Positions 13,201-26,327 of a stretch of DNA of 64,000 bases are shown here, piece by piece. Source of the stretch: Phoronis australis (taxonomy: Eukaryota > Animalia > Phoronida); the NCBI GenBank assembly GCA_002633005.1, contig NMRA01000321.1, positions 447,131 through 511,130 of the forward strand. Direction: 5' to 3'. Every line of letters starts with the position of its first letter. Positions within the stretch are counted from its first letter, which is position 1. Below the pieces are notes generated by a model that was not told the DNA's origin, made no database searches, and was given only the letters and a program-made list of their open reading frames with translations. Position numbers and translations under genes: made by a program.

Positions 13201-16200
13201 AGCATACGCTTAAGAAATGCAATTTATCAGAGTGCATACATTATAACATCACAAACACTGGCCAACACACTTCAGTTCATACGAGCTACATGTACATGTA
13301 AGCTCAATGCAGCCCTACCTGGTCTAACTTCTCTAACTTGTGATTCCAGCTCTGCGATTCTATCGTTTAACCTCGAAATTTTGCGTTCCTGTTCTTCGTT
13401 AAATGACTGCCATCTGGTGTTCATCTGTAACACTTCGTTATATTGCAGCCGCAACTGTTCATTCTCCACTAGTTGCTGTAAAGAATGAAAACGAGAACAA
13501 GATTTGAAAACACCCAGTCAGTTACAAAAGGAGGGGAAAGCAAAACGGACGAGTGATTGAACTAGTTCGTCTCTTTGAAGAGAGAAACAGGTTTATCAAG
13601 TTTATAGTTTGCTTGCAAAGAAATTTCAGTTCTTGTGTCTCAAGAAATCTAACTGTATTATCTCAAACACGTTTAAAACATGCTTGATGCCGAGGCAATC
13701 ACAAGTTATATCTCTCAATCTTGTAAACAGATACGGCAGGGAAATTGAACCTTGCATAATAGAAAGCTCGATCAATAGGTCCCATGTTTGTCTAAACACC
13801 CTCATCAGAATTTATTTTGTGTTTTACCCTGTTAACTGACTTAATTCGAAAACTGGTCTAAGCATTTCACTTTCATCTATCATCGGTATCATAGCATTCC
13901 TTATCGTGACGTAATTCCAACTCTGTTACAAACACACAAGTCACAGGTAATTTAAGAGGTTGGTCAACTTCAATAAAATTTGAAGCACCTTCTTGAGTGA
14001 TTGATGGCTTTGGTGTTCTTGTTTGGTAATGCAGATTGAATCATATGAATACTATTAGACCGACTTTATTATAGTTAAAAGATTATTCAGAAAAATCTAA
14101 ACACGTGACCAGTAGGTAAATGGAAAATTCAAATACGACGCAAAACGATTATTGTTGATAACATTTCATGGAAACACTATAATCATAGTTTTGACCGAGT
14201 GAACAATCGGTGATAGGTTTGTATTTGACACCACAGAATCCCACCCATGAAAATAACTAAGATAACATTTAATGTGCTTTGTAATGCGGTTAGCGTTATG
14301 GGAACTCCCAGCTTCACCATTGTCGCACTCACGATTCTAAGCAATTGATAGCAAAACACCAGTATCAATAACATGACCAGATTTCATTTGATACAAACTA
14401 TTTGAGATGAAATCTCAAAAATAGTGTTGCAAATTCTAAATATCGTTTTTATTTTCTGCAACTTTTGTGTTTCTCATGAAAATGTGACAAACGTTCTAAC
14501 ACCTAATGCAAAAAATGGAAAATTAAAAATAATTTCTAACACGGTTTGGAGAAAATTTCATAGAGTCGACCATCTGGAAGTTTCAAAGTTTTTAAATTCA
14601 GAAAAGACTAATCGTAATAAAATACTAGTAGCCATTTCTGAGATATGTTTAGAAGTTAGATAAATTTGGGCATTTTTCTAAAGTTTTAAGTAACGTTGAG
14701 AATAAGCTATTATAAAGATGCAAATATTTAACCTGGGTGGAAATAGAGATCTATCATCGGCAGGGTTGGGCAGCAGACTACTTACATCACTATCAGCAGT
14801 GTTGGGAAGCAGACTACTTACACCAGTCGACATTCTCGTGTTTTCAATATTAGTGCACACACGAAATTCACTTTTGCATTACACACAGATTCCCATTCAA
14901 ACCACAGGAATCCATCCACTACTGATACAGCTCAGAAGAGTTGGTAACAATTGTACAGTGCTCTATTTTCCAGCTACATTGCAACCAGGATTTGAGCCTG
15001 GGGTTTTCCAAGACGAAGTTCAAACTACCATATCACGTTACCTATATCTTCTCACCTGAGTCTGGTCTCCATTCCTCGCCACGCAGTGCTTGTAGTCTTC
15101 CAACCGGCGTGCCAGTTCCCTGCACTGCTGTGAAGTCGTCTGTAGTCGTTGTTGTAGGTGTTCCCGATCTTCATTAAGAGATTGACGCCGACTTTCCTTC
15201 ACCGAGCTAGTTTCGCTCATGAACTTGATTTGTGACTTCAACTGCATAATTTCCGAGTCTTTTTCGTTATCATTGCTAGCCATTGCTTTTCGTAGAGTTT
15301 CTAATTCGTCTTTTACTTGTTGCAGATGGGTTAACAAAGTTCTGATGCGCTGCTCCTTTTGCTGTTTTTCCTATAAATACATAACTAAAACTTTTAAACA
15401 TAGTTAATTCTGAATCGTCAGATTTTTTCAAACTGGATAATTTCAATTCTGCACTGGTAAGCTTGATACACAGAGGTTTGTGCAAATGTTTCATGTTCCG
15501 GTTTATTGAACATGTTTGCAACACAGGTGTAAGTGGAACGTCCCTGAACATTTCAGAACAATTTCACGAAAAATAATTCTAAAAATTATTTGTATTCTTT
15601 ACACAACCCTAAGCGTGATTTACAGAAATAATTTAAAAGTTATAGTGTTCAGAGCTAAACTACACTGGGTAATTTTAACCGGGCTATGTATTTAAATCAA
15701 TTCAGCGAATCTCTGGCAGAAAACGACGAGAATTGTTGATTTGCAGTGTAACTTCAAACATACAGCGGATGATGTTTTTAGTCCTGGTCAAAACTAAAAC
15801 AACTTGTAGTATTCTTTTCAATCCCACAATAATGCAAAAAAATGCGTTTTTCGGCAGTAAACTCGATGACGTTCATTATAACAACATGCTTACGTTAGAA
15901 ACTAGGTCGTAAGCTCGTCGCATAGAAATCGAGAGATACATGTAGGCGTATCCATTGTTCACTTGGTTTGTCTTTCTCATCATAAAGATAATGGCAAACA
16001 TTTATCGGTAACGGGCTGATGTGTGTCCAAGGTACGATATCAATGCGACATGAACGGTAGTGTCCCATAGGCGATAACCATGCGACGCGCCTACGCCCGT
16101 CACATGGTTATCGCAACTTAAACAATGTCTTACGACTTCCATACGACGTCATTTCGCATGGGACAAGTTTTCCGAGTAAAAATTGTGCAACAGGGTGAAT

Positions 16201-17462
16201 TTCAATAGTTTTGTCTGAATATCTTCAAATTTCCTTAGAATATTTTGTACGATGGAGTGATTGTGGGGTGTCACATGAATTTCACGTTTCTTTATTCATG
16301 CTTCTTTGGAAGTCCTTACAGTTGTTGTCTGTCAGTGAAAACCGGTAGAAGGCGCTGAATTTTTTCAAGGGAACCATGCCGACAGTCATCAATCCCCAGT
16401 AGGAAGCATGCGGTTTCCGCCACGTCGCGAAGTTTGTAATCATAGTAAGTCCAACAGTCATGATTTATAATTTTTTGCATCCTTGTGGACATTTCATCAC
16501 AGCCAAATAAGAAAATTCGTCAGCCGACTGATAAGACACGATTGGGTGTTGATAAAAAACAAGATTAATTTGAAAAAAGTCACCTGGGGCTTTTAATGTG
16601 AGCAACATATTCTCGATAACGGTATGGAAGGTAACTAGTTTTCACGATAAATATCGACAAACTTGAACATGTCCGTTTGAAACCATTGAAGGCGCAACTT
16701 ATCAGTTTTTTTTAACAAGAGTTGTCCAGATAAATCCCAGGTTAATGTGTAGCGATCGAGCGTCTACACAAACATCTTGTCTATAGCTGCATGAAAATAT
16801 ATATTGGCGTTCAAACTTTGGTTAAATTGGGCCCAAATTTCCTTGTGCATTAACAACTCCAGAAGACTGATTTCATTTCCTTAGTAAATGTACACTACCA
16901 TTCTTCACAGGAATAAACTCCTGCTGCACGAGCGTTTAAGTAAATACCTTTCTTTTCTTATGAAGTTTACCTGTTTTAATTTTGATAATTCTTCGGCGGC
17001 ATGCTTCAGCTTTTCGTTTGGTGTACATATGTCGCTTGCTATGCTCTCACAGTTGTCATTATCCATGGATGGATAGAACATTTCGTCTTTTTCTAAATTC
17101 AGTGAAGTTGAAGCACCAAGCTGTAACAGTCTGTTTTGGAATGCCCGAACGATTCCCTCTAGTCGCGAAATTTTGTTTTGTAACACACCTTTTTCTTTTA
17201 CATTTTCTTTCAATAACACTGAGACTGTCTGAAAACCGTTCAAACGTGCCTTTAAGCTTTGCAGTTCCTTGTTCGCATTCTCTAGTTCCGTGTTTAAAAA
17301 AATATTTTCCTTTTTCAAATGTTCATTGTCATTGCGGACATTTCGTGTCGTTTCTCCTACGCCTGAATCCACACTAGAATTTGTCCTAACTGAGGAAGAT
17401 TCACCTGTGCGACACTTTTCGGGTATCCTGGCATATATTCGTTCAGTTACCTGAGGATCCAT
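9978..17462 (-). CDS. TNIP2: ABIN/TNIP-family (TNFAIP3-interacting protein 2-like) gene, 7-8 coding exons, ~555-576 aa
   Basis: GT-AG exons with compatible phases: 17462-16971, 15370-15056, (14051-13989), 13475-13319, 12383-12295, 11711-11585, 10749-10547, 10262-9978. The product has coiled coils and SLNEDREHLQQRLQTTSQQCRELARRL. It also has ENEQLRLQYNEVLQMNTRWQSFN (like TNIP2 [23 protein letters not shown]), a UBAN motif DDFELERQDREKA, and a C-terminal LECPRC..HVDMCCD* zinc finger. Confidence 0.9.
10547..10749 (-). CDS. TNIP2: TNIP-like UBAN (ubiquitin-binding) exon
   Basis: tttatag|AATTCC ... GGG|GTGAGT; EFLKAQIQSCTDDFELERQDREKAHERIAALE. Confidence 0.92.
11585..11711 (-). CDS. TNIP2: TNIP-like exon
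   Basis: ttttcag|GTGCTC ... TTG|GTGAGT; VLSENKALEMALKQEEDEKRRLQTLLE. Confidence 0.88.
12295..12383 (-). CDS. TNIP2: TNIP-like exon
   Basis: gttgtag|TTCCAT ... AAT|GTGAGT; PSEEHQRQFDKLLLQAKKRIEEEREEKEN. Confidence 0.88.
13319..13475 (-). CDS. TNIP2: TNIP-like exon (NxxW motif)
   Basis: ctttacag|CAACTA ... CCAG|GTAGGG; QLVENEQLRLQYNEVLQMNTRWQSFNEEQERK. Confidence 0.9.
13989..14051 (-). CDS. TNIP2: candidate 63-nt in-frame TNIP-like exon
   Basis: ctaatag|TATTCA ... AAG|GTGCTT; phase 0/0, YSYDSICITKQEHQSHQSLKK; splice sites are weak. Confidence 0.45.
15056..15370 (-). CDS. TNIP2: TNIP-like coding exon 2
   Basis: tttatag|GAAAAA ... CAG|GTGAGA; 105 codons, EKQQKEQRIRTLL...GDQTQ. Confidence 0.88.
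16971..17462 (-). CDS. TNIP2: TNIP-like first coding exon (N-terminal coiled coil)
   Basis: ATG at 17462 follows acceptor tctttcag (exon starts 17494); 164 codons; phase-0 donor CAG|GTAAAC. Confidence 0.85.
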
Positions 17463-18300
17463 TTCAGTAATTCGTTTGTTTCTTAATCAAATGTCTGAAA
17501 GACAATACAACAGTATACAGGTGAGCATATAAAATTCTGAGGGCTAATAGCTGTATTTCCAAGTTTAAATATAGAATTAAACTCTTAAATAATTTGTGTA
17601 AAATCATATGAGCCAACGTAAATAGAATCTTACCTTTTTACCTACGTTAATTTCGGGCTTTTCAGAAAGTTAAATTGACCAACTACTTTTACAATTATTT
17701 TAATACGAAGAAGAAAAATCAGTAGTTAATCAAAGAAAAAAAGCAACGGTAGATGTAGAAAATTAATTTAACGCCAATAACAAATATTCTTCGATATCGA
17801 GGCATTAAATTAAATTGCACAGTAAAAAAGGAGAGAATGGAGCCCCACACTGGCTATATGCCATAGCACAGTGTGGACGTGTGCTGTTTTTGTTACAGCT
17901 TTATAGCGTTGCTTCACATGATCATGACAATTTATTTGTAGTAGGACTTTCCCTTGGGCACGTCATGTCATACTGGGAAATCAGGTGAGTCCAGGGGAAT
18001 TACAGAGGTCATGGGTATCGGCCTTAAGATCATCGTATAGGACGTTGGCTCAGCGAGTAATAGTTCACAGTCACAAACTTTAGCAATAGTTTTTCATTCA
18101 AATTTCCTGACTTGGATGGATAGACTGTTCGCAGGTATGTCATTAATTAAATTAGGACAATGCGAGAAGCTGCAGCTGTTCAAACAGACCACGAAGGAAA
18201 CCCGAGCAACCCCTCCTGCCGGCATGATATGTTTGATCTCGTTATTTTTCAAAGATTAGTCTACCGTAGAAATTACACGAAACAAAATCAGGAGAACTCC

Positions 18301-18440
18301 ACTCACCGAACGCTGTAGTCTGCTACAACAGCACTGAAAATGCGTTTTTAAAAGTCAGAGGGCTTCAATTGAGAAAGCCGGCAATAAAGGCGGCAGAACG
18401 CCGATAAACGGGAATTTCCAAAACCTGATGTGACGTGTCA
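18301..18440 (-). promoter_or_regulatory. TNIP-like non-coding first exon and proximal promoter with a kB site
   Basis: Donor CG|GTGAGT at 18301-18306, TATA-like TTTTAAAA near 18346-18353, GGGAATTTCC at 18410-18419, TGACGT at 18431. Confidence 0.6.
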
Positions 18441-19306
18441 CGAACTAATGACCTAGTTACAGTGTATATCATTTTCACGAAAGACGTCGCTTTAGTCGGC
18501 TGGCGACAAACGATAGTGTTGGCTTACGTAGTAAATGCTAATTTTATCTATGCATTATATACTTGCGATTACATCTTTTTTGAGCGTTATAAAGTATAAG
18601 TAGTAGTTATATATATTTCCCCCAAGTAGCTATATAAGATGACAATAGTGAACAGGTGAATATGCACACAATTCTAATCCATTATTAGTAGAGACATTAG
18701 TATTATTGGCCAATTGCTTGTTTCCATTGCATTTCAGACATTGTATGTTTTAGAAGTACAATGTACTTTTAAAAAAGAAAAAAGGACAGCCGTTTTTATT
18801 TTACGATTTTATGACGTTTGTATTACAGTCCCATGATAGAAACGCTGGGAAAAAGGGGGCTCCATGAAATATGAATACCTACCAATAAAGTAGACACATA
18901 CTGTGGCGTAATTACTATGTTTATTGCCCCTACAGCCCGAATGGGTAATAAAACTATTGAAATCGCTGTCGTCTGCTCCACTGTGCAATGAAGAAAATTC
19001 CTTCATTTAAAAAATGAAATCTGAGTGATAATGAAAAAACAGAAGCTGATGGTAAGATGTCAGCCTCAGTGAATCACTCAGAAACTCACAATTCTCTCTC
19101 CAAAGCAATCGTGTCATTATTGCCAACACAAAAAACGGATTTGATCTTTTGGGCAATTGAGGACTATTTTAAATACAACAAATTTGTTACGAACTGATTG
19201 CACAAAATATAAAACATGCAATAAGCATTACAAAAAGAAGGAGGTTTCGCGCACATGTGGACCATAAACAAGTAGGTGTCTTAGTATCAAGTTAGGAGTT
19301 AAATCG

Positions 19307-19380
19307 TGGTGGTGTAGTGCTAAGCACGCGCGCTCTATCCGCCAGATCGAGAGTTCGTGTCTATGGCGCTCGCAATTTTT
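19307..19380 (+). mobile_element. tRNA-derived SINE head (degenerate)
   Basis: A-box TGGTGTAGTGCT, B-box-like GTTCGTGTC and a following T-run; no intact cloverleaf. Confidence 0.45.
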
Positions 19381-20615
19381 CCTGTTTGACAGTTTCTCCG
19401 TTTTTTATTTTTGCCTTTTTTTCTTGGATAATACTTCGGGAATCAAAGAAAATGCTTGATTTGTAGAGGAAAAATTAGAACAAAATCCTCCCCCCATCTG
19501 ATGCTATGCGCATTTAAAATCGTGCTTTGAGCAAATGTTTACAGACAAAATGTTGGGCCCCCCTTGTGATATACTAGATCTGCCACTGTTACGCAACACG
19601 AAATGTCAAAAAGCAATGTTATGGTGAACTCTAACATCGCATTTCACACAAAAGCGTTATTTCTCAGGGCGACTCTAGCGTCAATAAAGTGACCTACCCT
19701 ATAAAACCTGACGCCGGGCAGCAAATTTTTGAGCAGGGTTCGGATTTGGGAACGTAGCTGGTGACTTGTTTTCCTTCGCCATGAACACGTTTGCAAATAC
19801 ATATCTATTTGGGGCTCCCTTTTCCCTCCATCGGTCGATTTGTACATGTGCCCTGCCGGGCCGCTGTACACACAGACCGGCAGACAGAAAAGAGGGTCGG
19901 TTACCAACATTTCGTCGATCTTATGTACTGTACACCCTGTATTTGGCGATATTTTGACGCGTGCAGTTTGGTTGTAGTGGCTTATGGCGAAGGTTAGAAC
20001 AATTTAGATTAGCTGACCCTCTGCCCGTGACCATGTTTTTCCTCTTTGCAACGGGGAACTCCATGCAAATTTGGCAAGGTTTTTAAAATACTATTACCAT
20101 CCCATCCAACAACACATCTATAGATTGTTTGTTGAATACAGGTAGTCATATGTACCGCGGCATTCCTTTTGGAGATACGCTACGGATGTCAGTAGACAGT
20201 CGCCCAAGCAACTGGCGCGTAGGTCGATGCCTTGTCTGGATACAGTTCGTCCACCAAATAGTTCCGGCAACAGATTGTTGTGGCACGACACTGGAAGGAG
20301 GTAGTGGGTTCGAAACCATGTTACGCTGATAATTTCTCATTAAATAATCCATTAATCCATTGTGAATTCGTCACAGTTTCATAACAACCAAGTTCTCCAA
20401 TTCAAACTTAAACATTCATCGAAGAGTTTTCCCAACTGATGAAATGAATTTTGAAAATCTGTGATATTTCTTCAAATCGATATTAAAAAGGTCTTGTGAC
20501 TACAATCTTCTTGTTTTTGTAAATGTCAGTAATTCTGAAATAATGTTTTAAATTTCGTGAATTATTCAAGCGACATTTATTTGGTGATCTTTACCAAGAA
20601 AAATGTTTTGGTTTA

Positions 20616-20819
20616 GGCTCCTTACCGTGTTGAAATTGGCCTTGGCACCTTACCGTGTTGAAATTGGCCTTGGCTTCTTACCGTGTTGAAATTAGCCTTG
20701 GCTTCTTACCGTGTTGAAATTGGCCTTGGCTTCTTACCGTGTTGAAATTGGCCTTGGCTTCTTACCGTGTTGAAATTGGCCTTGGCTTCTTACCGTGTTG
20801 AAATTGGCCTTGGCTTCTT
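20616..20819 (+). repeat. 28-bp minisatellite, ~7 copies
   Basis: Head-to-tail unit ggcttcttaccgtgttgaaattggcctt with no spacers. Confidence 0.95.
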
Positions 20820-23800
20820 CCATACTTTGTATGTAAGTGATCTTTGGGCTCGGAAAGACTGAATGTCTTTCTTTCGTTCTTCAGACCAAGATCACAAAAT
20901 CTCAGGTTACGCCTTAACTTTGATCTTGATCTGAAGGTTTCAAAAAACTCGAATAAGAATCATTTAATATGTTACTTTGCCAAACCTTTTTTATTTGATT
21001 TGATTACACCCTGACCCCTGTTTCACAAGATAATGTAAAATGGTATTAGTTGTGTGCGGTTTACATGTGCTTGCCGGAACTTGAAATTAAGTTTTTTGCA
21101 ATACATAAAGCCTGTCGAAAAATCGGGTATTCTGAGGTTGAGCTAAGCAAGTTGAGCAACTATTTGAAGTGATGTTGCAGTGTGAGGCCAGCCGTGCTAC
21201 ATTCGCCATCGACAATCGCAAATTAAATTTAAATGGGTTGCTGCAGACTATCGGTAGGTAAATGCACCAGAAAGCTCAGTAGAGTTCCAGTTTGAAGTCC
21301 GCAACTTAGACTTGCGGACCAGTTCTGCGCGAGACTAGGATTCACGTGACTGACTTACTGGATAGGCCTATGCTTACCTAACATGTGCCAGGTTTACACT
21401 TGAGACTCCTGTGTTTTCGACTTACGGTTACGAGTTCTTAGTCGGCTCTTATATTTTAAGCAGTGCCAGGATGACTTTGTAACTACAGGGTATGTTGAAA
21501 AGGAAACTAAAACAAATGTCGTCCAGAAAATTGCATGCATGACTCAGTGTTTTCTGAACTGTTTCGTTTCGATGACAGGCCAATCCCCTCTTTTCCTGCA
21601 TGACAATCATTGACTATTAAACCAAAAGAAAAATGTGGAAACTTGTTCTGCAGTGTAATAAAAACACGTGTTGGAGCTATCCCTTGAAGCACATGAGGTC
21701 GATTTCCCTAAAAAGGCCTTTGCGCTGTGTTTGGGTTTCCGTGACTGTTGGAACTTTGATACATCACACTATAAACATTACTCCCAGTTGATACTTAGGC
21801 ACAAAGGCAGGGAACGGTGAAGCATGGACACGTTACTAGATAATTCTAAGACAAGTGAACATGGTCAATGGTCACCTTCTATGTCGCACAGTGGACTGCG
21901 GATCTTGCGATGCCGCGAGATGGGAGGCCACGCTTGCCACAGGACAACAATTTAAGCAGTTATCCTCGAAAACACTTAGTTTCATTTTCACTTGGAATTT
22001 CGTCATTTGGCCTGTTCGGCGAGAGCCTGAACTAAACGTTCTAAAATAAAATTAAAAAACAGATATAGAGAATCCTACACGAGTCTCAGGTTGATGACAT
22101 GGGGAAAACCTCTTGGAAATTTCGTCAAAATCCCGAGGCTTATTTGTTTTCTCATATGAACCGTAAAAACGATCTTTTTTACCTAAAAAATCGACGCGTC
22201 TAAAACTTTCAACCACATGACGTAACTTTTGTAATAACACGCTTGCTAATTGTAAAGTAATTCAGTCACTTTTTTATTAATTTTAGTTTTATTTTGAACT
22301 TAAAATTTCTAAATTGCATTCAGCTTTGGCAGCAAATATTCAAAAAATAGTCTTTGAAGTTTTAATATCAAAACTTAAAAATGTTCATAAATAACAATCA
22401 ACAAAGCTTACCCACGCGTGAGCACTGAATTGACCTTGAGATAGTCTTTCCGCGTTTCTAGAGTTGGGGCTCGTCTCCCTTTGAATGAACGCGGATATGG
22501 AATTCTTCGCCGAAGACGGGTCCGTTTAAGAAGTTTATTGTATGTGCTTCCGACTAGGAGTACGTACGGTTGCGACACCCGATTTGTCAATCATAACCTT
22601 GTTACCTCGGAATTTCGGCATTGTTTGGTTGGCGCGCGTTTGGATTTTTAGTACTTTGAAGACGATAACTGAAATTTTAAGGCGTATGGATATCTACTTT
22701 GCACTACTTTGTGACTTGCCCATGTAATATCAAAAAATTACGTTATTACGTTTGTTTATGTAATGAACGGTGCAAACTCTACTTTCTAAAAACACTATGT
22801 ACGTACATCTGCCACTCTCCACATACATGTATAATCTTGAACAAAAACTCTACAGCTGGATTACATGGTAGACAATCCTTCATCCGAGTGAATTAATGGG
22901 CTCGTGCCACTACTCCTCATAATCGTGGTACTTACTGTAAACTAGTTTTCCGATTTTGCAGAACACCCAGGCCCGAAAGACAAACTGGTTTACGAGAAAA
23001 TTCGTTTACCGTATTCACTTCGAGGTTATCTGACCTATGATCCATGTTACAGTTGTTTTCTAGTTGCACCGTTAGAGGGCGACAGTTTTTTGCGGGAATC
23101 GGTCAGTCATCAATCCCCTACAGAAGGAGTCATGTGACTGGTTTACAAAATGTCCCAAAAAGTATCAATTATTCAATTCCCATTGTTACAAGTGGGTCTT
23201 TATAATCTGCTTAGGGCTACAAAATGTTGGGTTTCTTCCATGCCAACTTTCTAAACCCTAATTTCACCTCACCCAGTCGAAAAGATAGCCAAGTACCTCT
23301 ACCTCCGAGGGGGAACGCGATTGCGCCATTATGTAAACCCTGTACGAGAAAATGTCTCATCGAAGACAATTTCGGCAACAAAAAACAGACAACTTTTCCA
23401 AGGTGAATTTGCTGGAAACACGCCGCACCTCACCGCCTAAATTTTCCCCGCCACAATACGGCCTAACTATAGGATAGGTGACGCGTCTTCCCTAGTTCAG
23501 CTTAACGAATAATGATAAAATATAATACATTTGCTTCAAACCTTTTCTTGTAACTAATTGGCAATCACTAGGGATCTAACAAAAACATTTTTTTGTATAT
23601 TCTTCAGAAGCAGTAGCGACAAAAACAATTAATTTTTTTTATTCAAAATGTTATTCGTCTGTTCTCCTCAGATCAACGATTCAGTATGAGCCAAATATCA
23701 AAATTCCGTACTGTATTTGGTTAAATTAATGTGAGCTAGTGAATTTTAGCGAAAATTAGTCTTCCACCAAACTTAATTCTAGAGATGGGAATCAGACGGA

Positions 23801-24461
23801 CTTTCAGATTCTGTAATAGGAATATGCTCAGCAAACGATCATCAATTGTAATACAATTGATTTTAATATGTTTGTCCAAGTTTGCTCACCAAAAATCAAA
23901 ATGTTTCTACCCATGCAGTCATTTGTATTTTTAATGGTGAGTGAAACGTATCATGTGCACGAACATAATCCCCGGATGCTTGTAGTCACTTGACCATGTT
24001 TTTCTACGAAATCGTAATTTCTACCTATAGAGATGTATTGGGCGATGGTTGCAAATTCTTTCATCTGTCTATTCTCCGAGTCTAGGATATTCTGTCGATG
24101 TGTTTTAGACTGGGAATTCGGCAACACAATTTAAGACATGGTCACGCGACAACAAACTTATAGTCATTTTCTCTTGCACACGTTGAATTTCTGCAACCAT
24201 TAAGAGCTTTAAGAATCATGTAAGAATTGGTTGTTTGAATATTAATGCACTGCTCGAGAACACGTCGTGGTGAAGGGTACATCAGTGTAAGTTCATCAAT
24301 AATGCCAGGTCGTGCATCACATATAACCGGAATAGTTATATTTATTACTGGAAGTTGCATTTTGCCCTGTTAAGTTGTCACTGTTGAAATCTTAACTGAA
24401 GCGTTTTGAGGCATTCAAAATAGTTTCTCGTTCACCCAATTTTGAATTCTTGTCAAATGAG

Positions 24462-24620
24462 CAGTGTTGTAGTGGGGCGTAGGCGCACGTAGGCACAGCC
24501 AACCACATTTTGGCATTTGAACGTAACCACGCCTACGCACCGTAAGATACATTCAGTGCTCAAGATGATACCGTGGGGTTTCGGCTCCTACTTACCTCTA
24601 CTTCTACCACTACAGCACTG
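24462..24620. mobile_element. hAT-type MITE with 8-bp TSD
   Basis: TIR CAGTGTTGTAGTGG / CCACTACAGCACTG flanked by caaatgag on both sides; a second copy lies at 63596-63888. Confidence 0.85.
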
Positions 24621-24959
24621 CAAATGAGCCGCCAACTCACGTCACGGGTGATGCGACCATGTATAACGAGTCATAAGCCACAACTTAAAGTGTAAATTGC
24701 AAGGTCTAAGTATGTTAAATTGTAATAATATTTTCAAGATATTGTTAGTTGGATATATCTTCTTCCAATTATCATGTTATTGTGTCTGTAGTTACGTTAA
24801 AAAGCGAAAATTAAAAAAAATCCGCGAAAAGTAGACCTTTGACACCGTGACATGGTGTTGGGGAACACAAACTAGATCAATATCCCACAATGCAGTTTAC
24901 CGCCCATACAAAACAGTGGAAGACGAACAAGGAGCGTTCAATCTTGGCGTGATTTAGGC

Positions 24960-26327
24960 ATGGTACATCGGTGTGTGTGCGCCAACTGTGCTAACACCAG
25001 CCAGGTGGAAGGCGTGACCCTATTTAGGTTTCCCAAAGACAAGCATCTGGCCGCGAAATGCCACGTTTTCGTGTGCACTGCTCGTCATTGTAAAATGACT
25101 GTCGAGTCGGCCAGTCTGTCGGAGCCGAAATATGCTCCGACCACTTTGAGGACGGCTGCTTCGACGACAAACATATCATGAAGTTTGAAGCTGGTCTTGT
25201 GAAAAGGTAAGTTATCTTCATAATTTATGGCTTATATCCATGACGCTTTCTCAGTGCTTGAACTATAACGATCTTTTTTCGCAATCACCATAGTTCTCGC
25301 GGTCAACAATTGCTGAGTGTTGCCGGTGGTATTTCTTTGGAATGTTGCCCAGTAGGCTATTTGTTGATTCAACTGTTCTTGGTGTTGTGTGTGTAGCAGC
25401 GCTAGTTGAGCATCATGTTGACCCAATGCAATTTCATTTGCTGATGGTTCTCAAAGTCAAGTCACGCGAAGTCAGTAAGGATCATTTAGGGTATCATATT
25501 TTTGAGAATCATTGTCTTCAGCCAAATTAGAGTGGAGATATACACCTGGTACTATGGGGAGAGCAGCACTTGGGGGGACAATACCATCAGCCCCCTATGG
25601 TGCACACCGCCCATGCCGATGGGCGGCCCAGCTCTGAAGTAACTACATACATGTACTATAGCCCTGTTGTAGATGTGCTTCCGGTGAATCATATGAGCCT
25701 CTGTTAGCTACTCGCTAATGGGAAATTGCCTATTAGCTGAATGGTTAGCACGCTTGCCGGTTTTATGGGGGTCGTGGGTTCGATTCCTGAGTCGGGTAAT
25801 CTCGGCTATTACTACAGCCCCCCCCCCCCCCCCTACGAGGCTATGGTGCGCTTCAGAGACCACTGTATTTGAGCATCAGGAGGTTCTTTGTGGGGTTTTG
25901 TCAACCAAGTAATAGATGGTGGTGTGCTGACAAAAGTTTGAACTGTTCTAACGATGGTACTTAAGTTGCACGGTTTTGATTATTAAAGTAACCTGCTTCA
26001 AAAATAAAACAGGGTTAACTCTGGTTTTGGCCTTTGCTTGAAGGTTATAAAAGTAGGCGAAAACTTGCACTTAGGTGACGTCGTGTTTAACTTAAATCAT
26101 TGATTCAAAATGATTTTTACTTTAAATTGCAGTTGTGCTTTTCAGAGTATGTGAACGAAGTAAGGAAGAATACGTTACACTTGTTGCGAAATAAAAGAGA
26201 AGCCAGTGACCTCGAAATTTGTTTGGAAATTGACGCCCCTCCAATGCTGAGTGCTGGTGCTCCAGACGTGTCCAAGGAGGAGGCCGTGGCACGGATGAGG
26301 AGCCGATATCCAGACAAATTCAATTAG
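24960..26327 (+). pseudogene. THAP-domain transposase remnant (first and last exons only)
   Basis: 24960-25206 reads MVHRCVCANC..LFRFPKD then, after a frameshift, ICSDHFEDGCF with donor GTAAGT. ~26146-26327 reads PPMLS..SKEEAVARMRSRY*, resembling a transposase C-terminus. No DDE core is seen between them. Confidence 0.75.
25730..25800 (+). mobile_element. tRNA-derived SINE head nested in the Kolobok element
   Basis: A-box TAGCTGAATGG and B-box GGTTCGATTCC. Confidence 0.55.

Noticed and set aside
20616-20819. 28-bp repeats as a CRISPR array
   Set aside because: Units are head-to-tail with no unique spacers, there are no cas genes, and the context is eukaryotic.
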